In this document: piece after piece, positions 39,200-64,000 of the stretch | Position numbering within the stretch: the stretch's first letter is position 1 | How the letters are laid out: each line of letters opens with the position of its first letter | Source of the DNA: Lama guanicoe | Lineage: Eukaryota | Length of the DNA: 64,000 nucleotides | Reading direction: 5' to 3' | NCBI GenBank assembly: GCA_013239625.1 | Contig: MU054338.1 | Span: 6,364,724-6,428,723 of the forward strand | Notes under the pieces: model-generated | Databases searched by the model: none | The model's input: the letters and a program-made list of their open reading frames with translations, nothing else | What the model was told of the DNA's origin: nothing | Translations under genes and position numbers: made by a program

Positions 39200-39700
39200 A
39201 CAATCAAGTTCAGTGGCAACTGCTGTAGGGTTTTGGCGCCGCTCAGCAGGGAGTGTAGGGGACGCCACGAGGTCTCCCCTTGACGCGGCCTCAGCACTCT
39301 GGACAGCGCCGCACGCGTCGCCCAGAGACCAGAGAAGCGGTAGCGTTAGGGGCGGAGCCTGCGGAAGCGGCCTATTAAAAGCGGCGAGCTCTGCCCAAGG
39401 GCACACCCTGCAGGGCGGGGCCGCGGGCGGAGCTTGATAAACTATCCAATTACAAGCGTTTGCTGACAGCTCAAGGAAGCAGCGGAAGACGTTAAGGGGC
39501 GGGGACACATGAGGGCGGAGCCTGTGTAAAACTTATATTTCGACCGGGGCCCGTTGATTGGGCACCGAAGAGGCAGTGGTGCGTACGAGGCGGTCCTAGG
39601 GACTATAGCAGGGCGCGGTTCTTGAAAGGGTGATGGTTGCAGAGGCGGGGGTTGGTTTCTGAGCTAAAGTGAAGGCCCGCGCACGAGACCGGGGTTGGGG
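39200..39700 (+). promoter_or_regulatory. Orphan CpG-rich promoter-like island with clustered GC boxes
   Basis: GGGCGGAGC/GGGCGGGG at ~39349, 39413, 39425, 39496, 39513; CGGAAG (ETS) at ~39362 and 39483; TATTAAAA 39374; CCAAT 39446; CpG retained in otherwise CpG-poor intergenic DNA. Confidence 0.7.
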
Positions 39701-41441
39701 ATCTCAGTAGATCCTCCAGTTTCCCCTTCCTTGGGGTCCCAGCAGCTGCGCAGAGGAGTCCCCAAAACTAGAAGGAGGGATTTGGCCTTAAGGAGTGGGT
39801 ACTAAAATCCTGGGACCCAGAAGGGAACGAGTCGGGATTCTGGGTACAGAGTGGGAAATCCAGAACCTCTGGACAAGAGTTGGGTGTTGGAATATCTCCG
39901 ACGTTGAAATAGGGGTCCTTGGAGCCCTGGTCGAGTGATCGTCCCAAGAGCCTGGCTGTTTTCTCTTGTTTATCCAGCCGAGGGTGGAAGCTGTCCTGTG
40001 ATATTCTTGCCCTCCATAGACCTGGTGCCAAAGGCTAGCTTTTTTGGGAGACACTGCGAAGGCTAGGGCCCCAAGACTTGGCGCTCTCTGTTAAACGACC
40101 CCCGCGGCAACTCTCTAAACGTTCCTCCTTGTCTCCCCACAGCAGAGCTGAGAGCTAGTGAGTCTGGACCCCTCTCCATCCCGTATCTTGGGCAAAGTAA
40201 TGTGTCTTTCTTGGTCCCAGTCAGCTGTCTGGGATATGTAGCTTTAACCCCTCTTGGGCCTGAAAATTGGTCTCTCACCAAGTTCAGGGGACTTTGCCAC
40301 AAAATCACTCTGAAACTCAGCTCAGATATTTCAGAACTCTTTGCTTGTCTCCCAGTCTTCATTCTAACCTCTCCCACACACCTTGTTTTTGATTGTTCTA
40401 AAGCACCACTCTGCCTGGGTTCTTCCCAGCTCAGAATCTTTTTGGAGATCCCCACTGCTCTCAGGATAAAGAACTCCTCTGCTTGCCTGCCACGGCCCAG
40501 CGCCAGGCGGCTCCTGGCTGACATCAAGCAATACTTTTTCCTTTTTGCAACCAAATGCCTCACCCATCTGACTTCAGCAACCTTAAGTTCTTTCCCACTA
40601 CCCAGTAGCATTTTTGTACATGCTGTTCCCTCAGCATGGCATATCCTTTGCTCACCTACCTCAGCACATCTTTAGGTCCCAATTCAACAGTAGTGTCTCG
40701 CTTGAGACACAGAATGCCTTCCCTGACACCACCCCCCCCTAGTTGGGACAGGGCCCTCTTGGTGCCTGGAAGCTCCATAAGGGCTGGGACCAGGGTAACT
40801 GCCGTATTCCCAGTGCCTAGTACAGGACTGATACATAACGGCCAATAAATCCATGTAGAGTGAATGAAACAAACACACACATGAAGTTTCCATTTATTCC
40901 ACGATGGGTTAGAATGAGCATCCGAGCCAAAAAAGCTTGCTGCATTGTTGCCCAAAATTGTGTCCAGAGGTCTCAGAACAGGTTTACAGAGGGAAAGAAT
41001 GGCCAGAGTTGGGCTCACACATGGACACTGAATCCTGAGGCTGGACGGCCCAGCTGCAGAGGTCCAGGCCTGGGTCCTTAGAGGCAGGGCAAGCTCTGCT
41101 ACTAGATAAAGAATGGCCAATGGTCAGAGGGAGAGCAAATGTTTCCCAGCCAGGGCAGGGGGTAATCAGTCAGCTGGGTGGTAACTTGAGGTCAGGGTGC
41201 ACACCAGCCTAGAGGAACAATCAGGGCCCCAGTGACTCCTCTAAATCTAGAGAGGTGGAAATCCTGGATTTGTCTCCCGTATTACTGCTCAGAAGCCTCC
41301 TTTGGTCCCAGGTCACTAACCCCCAATCACTCCCCACTGGAATCAGTTCCAATTCCTTGCAAGGCCCTATCCCTCCCTGTGACATTATCTTAGCCCACTG
41401 TGATCTGTCAGTCATGTGCTTTTTCTACCTTTCCTCCAAAG

Positions 41442-42085
41442 GCATCCTGGGCCCTCCAGGGTGGTCTCCATTCCTGAGTCATTGATACCCATGACCTATC
41501 CACCAAGTACCCTATCCTGATCAACTTGCCGAGTGTGTGGGACACTGATGCTTCCTGCTGGTGCTCCTGGTGCTCTCTGTTGGTGACTGAAGGATGCATG
41601 ACATCATCCTCCAGCAACATGTGGGCCAAGACATCTCTCCATCATAGGCCAGCTATTGCCTTCCATGGTCCTGGATGAGGAGGAGCTGGAGAAGCAGCTC
41701 TGCCAGGCTGGCTTCCTGGGCTTGGAGGACAACAGGCCTGGGATGGCCTTAACCAGCTTCGAATGGGTGACACACCAGCAGCAAGCTCTTCTCCGTGCTC
41801 AAGGTGTCAACCTCATCTTCCTCAACCCAGCTCCCTGCAGTGGCAGGTCCTAAGGGTTGGAATGCTGTCATTGGCCAGCTGCCTCACCACCACTGAAGAC
41901 CCTGAGCAGAGTTACGGTGCCAAAGGATCTGTGGTCATGAGCTGTCTTCTCAGGACTGGTACCCACCATGCTGCAAAGATGCTGCTGACTCCATGCTGTC
42001 CAGATCTGACTACTGTAATCCTGACGGTGGCAAACAAACTCCTAGGGCTGTGCTAGCAGTAATGGGGGTGAAACCTTCACCCAAC
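41442..42085 (+). pseudogene. Degenerate beta-1,3-galactosyltransferase-like (CAZy GT31, B3GALT1/2/5-like) pseudogene
   Basis: Ordered motif remnants across frameshifts: YPILINLP (41508), FLLVLLVLSVGD*RMHDIILQ..W (41552), LCQAGFLGLEDNRPGMALTSFEWV (41698-41769), VLKV/IFLNP, VIGQL..PL-DP, DWYPPCC (41954-41974), PDLTTVILTVANKL, LGLC(L)AVMGVKP; in-frame stops and indels. Confidence 0.8.
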
Positions 42086-42087
42086 CT

Positions 42088-42380
42088 TGTATTGGGTTGA
42101 ATGTTGTCCCCCAGAAGTGTTATGTCCAACTCCTAATCGCTGGTATCTGTGACCATGACTTTATTTGGAAATATACCGCTGTAGAGGTATTTAAGGATCT
42201 TGGGATGAGTGCATCATTGATGAAGGTGGACCCCAGATCTGATGACTAATGTCCTTATGTAAGGAAGGGGATCTGAGACACACTCAAAGGGAGGTCATGT
42301 GAAGATGGAAGCAGAGATTAGAGTGGTGCTCCCACAAGCCAAAGGACACCTGGAACCATGTGAAGCTAGACAAAGCAAGA
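42088..42380 (+). mobile_element. MLT1-type (MaLR) LTR fragment
   Basis: Starts TGTATTGGGTTGAATGTTGTCCCCCAGAAG; internal TTATTTGGAAAT, GTGAAGATGGAAGCAGAGATTAGAGTG..CCACAAGCCAAAGGACACC typical of MLT1. Confidence 0.8.
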
Positions 42381-43739
42381 TCCTGCTTGCTCCTCAGGTA
42401 GTGCTGTTTTTGGCAATAAATTTGTCCTGGTCATGGGAGAAACTCAGGCATCCATCAGAGACAAGCCGCCCTGCCCTTCGCCACAACAGAGGAACATGGC
42501 ACCAAGTCCTGGCTGTGTGGACTTGTCACTACACCAAGGTGACCGGAGACAGCTTTTCCCACTGCCTTCTTTGACCTTGAGATTCCTTCCCTTGTGCTGG
42601 TCTGCATTCAGAAATTTGAATGTGGTAGTGGTGGTTCCTGCCTGGAAAACCAACAGTGAAACTGCACTGAGGATGCACATCCAGAGCTGCAGGCATTTGA
42701 CAGGTGGTGCCAAGGTGTTCCTCCCAATGGATTTCTCAGTGACACTGCTTCCATCCAGTCTTCATCCCCTCACCTCAAACACAAGGTCCAAATGATTTTG
42801 TGTAGGTCTCTTTGTCCCAGACCTTGGACATGTCTGGGAGAGGAGTTGAGGTTGGAAGCCATCCGTCAGGTCTGTCTCGTCTCCACTAATACACACACTT
42901 GACGGGTCCTACGGGAATTCAGGTCCACCTGAACGTCTGCACCATGCGCCCCGATCCCCAAGCTGGGAGATTTGGTATTGAGGTCTCCCCGACTCCAGCA
43001 GGAAGCAAAACTCCTTGAATGTTTTCCTTGGGTGCCGAACACTTTCCTTTCACCTCCCCCAAGGCAAATCTTCATCCTTTGAAGGGACACTGGACTTTCT
43101 GCCTCAACTGAGTGATTCTCAGTCAATAGTTTGCACTTCTCTCAGTGGCCATGGTTACCAAGCCCTGGAACCCAGACCTCGAACAGCGCCTGCTGAGCAG
43201 GTGAAGAGACAAGATGGGTCCCTGCTGAGATGCAGCCCCAGGCCTCACCGCAGGGCTCTTTCCAGGCAGGTGGAGTTGGAACCTGGGTAAGGCCAATCCA
43301 CACACTGTCCTGACTCTCTCCCTGAGGCAAAGCCAGAACCGAGAAGGGTTGCTTTGGGGGTGGGTTCCTCCACCTGTGCACTGCTTATATTTAAGTGTAG
43401 AAAGTTCAGTACCATCCTTGGCCTCTACCCACTAGGTGACAAATGTCACTCAACCACTGCAAAATTGCCCAGGATCAAGAAGCACTCCTCCAGAGAAACC
43501 TGTGAGAACAGGGCTGAGCCACTGAAAAGAACCCCAACAGTGCACTGTGCAGAACACACTTGTGCGGGGGTGGGGTGGGGTGGGGGCAGTACCAGGGAAA
43601 AGGCTGTGGCCACTGCAGACACAAAGTGCCATCCCGGCTAAGATGGTCCTGTGGCTAATTTCCCAGACCTTGGGGTCGTTCAGCCAGATTCAACTGGGGT
43701 TTTTCAAATTGGGTTAAGTGGAACAAAACTGACCAAACC

Positions 43740-43745
43740 TTTATT
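43740..43745 (-). terminator. Distal AATAAA poly(A) signal for NF110 mRNA
   Basis: TTTATT on plus strand at end of the AT-rich UTR block. Confidence 0.6.
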
Positions 43746-44106
43746 CCACAGTGTCTTGAAACTGCGCTTAAAACTATACCAGAATTTATGGAGCAGAAAA
43801 CAAAAAGCATGCTGAATTGTGTGAGCAAACCCGCCAAAGCAGTGTGGGCCTCCGCAGGCAGCTCCACAGTCCGTCGGGATAGCTGGCACATGAGGTGACA
43901 AGCTCCCAGTTAACTGGATTTCTGGCCCAAGCCACTAGGAGTGAAGGTGTCTAGAGGCCTAGAACTGGACCTTCTCTGGTGACCAGGGACTGCCCTGCTG
44001 CCCCCGCCCCACTTTCCTGTGCTGGGAACAGAGTGGAGGAACCTGCCCATCCCGCTGCTGGTGGGCCAGACACCCAGGCCTACGACCGGCGCGGAGTTTT
44101 GTTTTC

Positions 44107-44112
44107 TTTATT
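44107..44112 (-). terminator. Proximal AATAAA poly(A) signal for NF110 mRNA
   Basis: TTTATT on plus strand ~540 nt after the stop codon. Confidence 0.65.
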
Positions 44113-44651
44113 TGTCTACATTCAGCTTAATTCAGATGTACTGCCTGAATGATCCAGACATACAAAACACAAAACAAAACAACAAAAAAAAACCTCACTC
44201 TTCCCCATTGGTTTTTAAAATAAAATTTTCACTTATAAAACTGAAACACTAAAGCATTAAAATACAGAAAGCTCGTTTAACTCACTTCACAAAAGCATTA
44301 ACAGATAACGTATCCCTTCTGTAACTATTTAAAGATAAACTGAGTTAACACTAACACCAATTGTAAATAGACAGAGGGATACTTAACTGCGGAAACTGAA
44401 AAAACTATTCAGACAAAAGTCGTAATGGCAACTAACAAACCACTGAAGACACAGAGTCCCAAACACAGCTAAATATGGGTCACAGGACGGGTCACAGGAG
44501 TGACCAGCTGCACCTCACAACACGGCAACGTGGACAGGGTGGGGCGGCGGGGGCCTGGAGGGGCCAGTTGACATGTTAACTGTGATGAATAAACTGAATC
44601 TTACAACGGGGGGTAAGTGCAGAAGGTACAAATCTTCACCCCTCAGGGGCT

Positions 44652-59714
<15,063 letters not shown>

Positions 59715-59717
<3 letters not shown>

Positions 59718-59812
59718 TGTTACTCTTTTTTCTGTAGTGTCTGGAAATCAAATTTTTGCTTATGTTTTCAAACTGTGACAGATTTCCTTGGTGTTATCAA
59801 TACTTCAACTAT
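59715..59812 (-). CDS. ILF3: ILF3 exon carrying 5' UTR and the initiator ATG (coding part 59715-59717 only)
   Basis: ...GAGTAACAATG|gtaaga donor; acceptor tcttatag near 59813 (exact 5' boundary slightly uncertain). Confidence 0.85.
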
Positions 59813-60194
59813 CTATAAGATCAGAAAATCTTTTTAGTTTCAAATACTTCATAGACAGATGAATCTCAGCAGTCAGATATTCAGCAGGATGAAAGCAGTG
59901 CCGCCTCAGGAAGGAGATCTGTTCACACAGCAGGACACATCTTTTATTTCCAAGTAACCACCACTAAGCCAAGGGACAAACAACTAATTATAAATTCTCC
60001 AAAAATGAAAACAGCTTGTTTCTAGAAGTCGTGTCTTAACTTCAGGCCCCCACTCAGATGATTTTTACTTTTTAAATTGTCTTTCACTATTTCTTCATAT
60101 AAAGTATGCCAATTTTTATGAATATATACAAAATGGTACAGGTAAGAATGTTCAGCAAAATCTTCTGATTGAAGAAGGAAAAGAGGGGGAAGAA

Positions 60195-60644
60195 AAACCG
60201 ACAACATAATGCCATTTGCAGCAACATGGATGCTCCTGGAGAATGTCATTCTAAGTGAAGTAAGCCAGAAAGAGAAAGAAAAATACCATATGAGATCGCT
60301 CATATGTGGAATCTAAAAAACAAAAACAAAAACAAACAAACAAACAAAAACAAAGCGTAAATACAGGACAGAAATAGACTCACAGACAGAGAGAGAATAC
60401 AGTGGTTGCCAGGGGGGTGGAGGATGGGAAGGAATAGACTGGGATTTCAAAATTGTAGAATAGTTAAACAAGACAAGACTGTACAGCACAGGGAAATATA
60501 CACAAAATGTTATGATAACTCAGAGAGAAAAAAATGTGACAATGAGTGTGTATATGTCCATGAATGACTGAAAAATTGTGCTGAACACTGGAATTTGACA
60601 CATTGTAAAATGATTATAAATCAATAAAAAATGTTAAAAAAAAA
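60195..60644 (+). mobile_element. Young 5'-truncated L1 upstream of the ILF3 ATG exon
   Basis: ATAATGCCATTTGCAGCAACATGGATG..AATAAAAAATGTT + poly(A); perfect 16-bp TSD AAAAGAGGGGGAAGAA at 60179-60194 and 60645-60660. Confidence 0.9.
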
Positions 60645-63600
60645 AAAAGAGGGGGAAGAAGCTCTGGTCCTTGAGAGTCATGAAGAGATGGAAGGAAAGC
60701 AGGAAACAGAGGGCCCAAAAAACTGTCTATAAACTAGAAAGGCAAGAACCTTCTGAAACATCAGGTGGATGCAGCCACTGCAGCACATGGACACACCCAT
60801 GGGTTCAACTCTGGAGTGGCTGAGACAACTGAAATGCACAACAGAAGCCTTCAAGACAAACGCAGCTATAATTACAATTTTGGACTCTAAATAACATGCT
60901 GACTACAACCTACTCAATTCCCACTCTATGCAAACAGTCTGGTCCACAGTGAAATCTTCCAAACGAGTAAACAACAAAAAACCCCCGTAGCATAAAAGGC
61001 GACAGATGATCCACCCGTTCCATCTAACCATGTAACAGCTAGCCCCTTCAATCCAAGCCAGTTACCAGCCAGGGCAGTAGGTTTATCCTGGCAAGGCATC
61101 GGCTTCAAAGATAAACTTTGACATGACTGGCCCAAACAAGAAATTTCCACAATGCTTCAGGACTACCTAGCAACCTAATTGGAAACTTAAAAGGTTTTAA
61201 AGTAGAACTTGAAAATCTAACGGTGGAACCAGAGGCGATGCCCCTGCAGAGCCAGGCAAGAGAACAGGTGGGGGCAAATGCTTCGTGACAGGGGAGGGGG
61301 AGGAAAGGGAGAAGTGGAGGACCAGTCCCTGGGCTCAGCTCCTGGATGTGCCTGGGCCCTTGCTGAGCCACTTACAGTAGTCACCAGTGGGAGCTTTTGC
61401 AAAGACGTGGCCTGAAACCCGGCCTGCTCAGCCACAATCCATGTGTCCCTGAAGTTCCTTGGAGCTTCCTTCTAACCTGCAACACGGAAGCTACCCTTCT
61501 ACCTCTTCAGAGTGACTGAAAATAAAATGAGTCAACCTACAGAAAGCATGTAGCGCAAATCCCAAAGACCCTCAAAATCAGGATGGATTTCTACTACCAA
61601 CAACATGTACATCACCAGGCTGTTGTGAGGACTAAGCTCATGCAAAACACATCCTGTACTAATGAATGACTGTTCTATCCAGTTAGGAGCAAAACGATAT
61701 TGTGGTTTTGTTGGAAAAGAATGTCTTTTACATATTTAAGATAAATTTATGGCTCAAAATACATGCCTGGTATTTGCTCTAAAATACTCCAGTGAGGCAA
61801 GGGAGTGGAGAAGGGAACAAGGATGAGCCAATACTGCAAAATGCTGATACCTGTTGAAGCTGGGGGATGGGGATAGTGAGGATCATTTGTGCATGTTTGA
61901 AAATTTCCATACGGTTTTTAAGTGCATAGGAAGAAGTCTTACAGAAATGCAGCCATGACAAGTAATCTAAAATTTAAACTAAAGCTCAGAAAACCAATTC
62001 TAAACCAGCAAGCAGCAGGCCATCAGAAGTCACAGCTGAATGGTGAGGAACTCATGTTAAAGAGCCACCAGTTCTGGCCATATCTATACTGAAACTTCAT
62101 CAATCTGACATTGAAGGATGATGTTTAAAACTGTACTTATTTATTCAAAAGTATTTGGCATGCACTTCCCCCATGCTAGATGCAGGGACAGTGATGAACA
62201 CAGCAGGTAGGACCACTAGTGCACCCCAAATAAAGGAGAAATGCATTCCCACCAAGTCCAACATGGTGCCAGGAGCCAATGCATCAGTGTGCACTTACCA
62301 TCTCTTCATCTTACATTCTTTCTCCACCCTAGATATCAGATGTAGAGACTTTAAAGTAACAAAGAGTTTAAACTGAGATCCCAGGTGGCTAAGATCTTCT
62401 TGTTCAGGGCTTTGTAGGACTGATAGTCTAAAACCTACTAAAAGGAGCTTCTGGAGAAACTGGCTGATTTGGCACCTGACACAGAAACTATGGTGGGTGA
62501 GCCTGGGCCACACTGCAGTGTCAGAAAGCAAGGAAGTGCTCAGAGATTACTGTAGGCTTGTCCAAAAGACAAGGGAGCTGACTTGTGAAGGCTCCCACTG
62601 GCTACCTTTGGGGCAACTGAATATCCAAAAATAAAAAATAAAAATATGCTTCCATCTGTATGGAGGTCTCGAATCCAGCAAAACAGCCAAACTTAATCAG
62701 TGGTTGCTTCTGGGGCATGGTGGTAGGGAACACCTGGGAAGGGGTCCTGGGAGCTTTCTGGGGTGATGGTCATGGTCTACATCTTGGTAATATTGTTGGG
62801 GATATACACTGGGCAAAACCCACTGAATGATACACTCAAGAGCTGTGCATTTACTTCAAAAGAAAAAAAGACCTGTAAATAAATACTGGACTCCAGTAAA
62901 TATTTAGAGGATATTTACAATTTTCTGATACTTTGAAAAGCACCATAAAAACAAAGCAACCATGTTAACTATATTTCAATAAAAATAAAGTGGACTGAAG
63001 GATGAACAGGACAGATGAAGAGATGCGCGAAACACAACTTAAGTCAAATGTCAATGGCTGAACCCAGGGTATGGACACAGGAAGGTGTTCACTGCAAAAC
63101 TGCATCACCTTTCCTGTATGTTTGACATTTTCATAATAATGTGTCACAAATATACAACTAACATTGATTCAGCACATTAAACATACACATGAGTTCATAA
63201 TGATACTTCTTTGCCACCACTGGAGATGTCTATACCCTAAGCCCATACTCTGAAGGGACTGAAGTTCACCCAGAGTTGATTTGGAGCATCTCTACGAAAA
63301 ACACCATCTGACAAACAGACAAGGCCAGGAATAGAACACCACTCTTCTATCTCTGGGGGACAGGACACTCACTGTGTAAAACATCAGCCCACCAGAAGCC
63401 CTCAAAGACATGCACGTGCCCCCAAATGCTCCTGTCTGTAGCAAACATCTTGCGTGGAGGTTTCCATTTGCTGTATTCACTGTTAAAACTCAGGAAGGGA
63501 CTCCTAAAGGGATTCACTGGGCTGTGGCTGGCTCTGACCACCACCCTCAGCCCATCTGTGATCCTTTCATCCCTGGGTCCACCTCCCTCAGACAAGGCTT

Positions 63601-64000
63601 TCATGGTGATGTAGGTAGAAGCACTTATTGAACTAAAACTTTAAAAACTGGAATCAACGTTTCTTTGCAGAGCAACAAACCCGGCCTCACTTGTCTCTAT
63701 GTAAGCCTCGATCTGTCATCCCAATCGGCCTCTCAGAAGCCAGCTGCTCTTGTCTTAAGTACCAGAGGATACATCTCATTTAACCTCATTTTCAAGATTT
63801 TTAGCAAGGAACACTGCTGGTGAGAAACCCACCACATCCACCTATAATAAGCAACACTCCAATGCCCCCCGCCAATCTAACTTTAAACGGAAGCCATGAA
63901 AGGCTGCCCAGAGCTGCTTATGCAGCCTAATTCAGGATTCAAACCCGAGCCCAAGCGAAGACTGATTTTTACCAGCCCAGCCTCTCTGAAAAGAAACCCA

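Noticed and set aside
41656..41853. 65-aa ORF as a functional micro-protein
   Set aside because: Non-ATG start, and it is only one frameshift-bounded piece of the GT31 pseudogene

Overview
Mammalian genomic DNA, most likely a camelid, judging from abundant tRNA-Ala(AGC)-derived vic-1-like SINEs. It corresponds to the ILF3-QTRT1-DNM2 cluster (human 19p13.2 synteny), with all three genes on the minus strand. Bases 1-22970 are DNM2 intron 1 (L1/L2/MIR-rich), followed by DNM2 exon 1 (CDS 22971-23131) and its CpG-island promoter. QTRT1 is complete (10 coding exons, 25572-35464, 403 aa). All ILF3 coding exons are present (ATG at 59717; NF90 stop at 49515, 706 aa; NF110 stop at 44652, 900 aa with NVKQ); its non-coding first exon was not identified in the window. 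The main unexpected result is a decayed plus-strand GT31-family beta-1,3-galactosyltransferase-like pseudogene between ILF3 and QTRT1 (~41440-42085). It can be traced through many frameshifts, is interrupted by an MLT1-type LTR, and lies ~2 kb downstream of an orphan CpG/GC-box promoter-like island (39200-39700). Other points: QTRT1 reads R288G/F289S in a normally conserved TGT motif; there are candidate poison exons in ILF3; minor ILF3 C-terminal isoforms (TGFV, SKCVFLFV) are preserved; and the mir-638 locus homolog is conserved outside but not inside the mature-miRNA seed. Comparisons to human proteins and RNAs are from memory and need confirmation by alignment.
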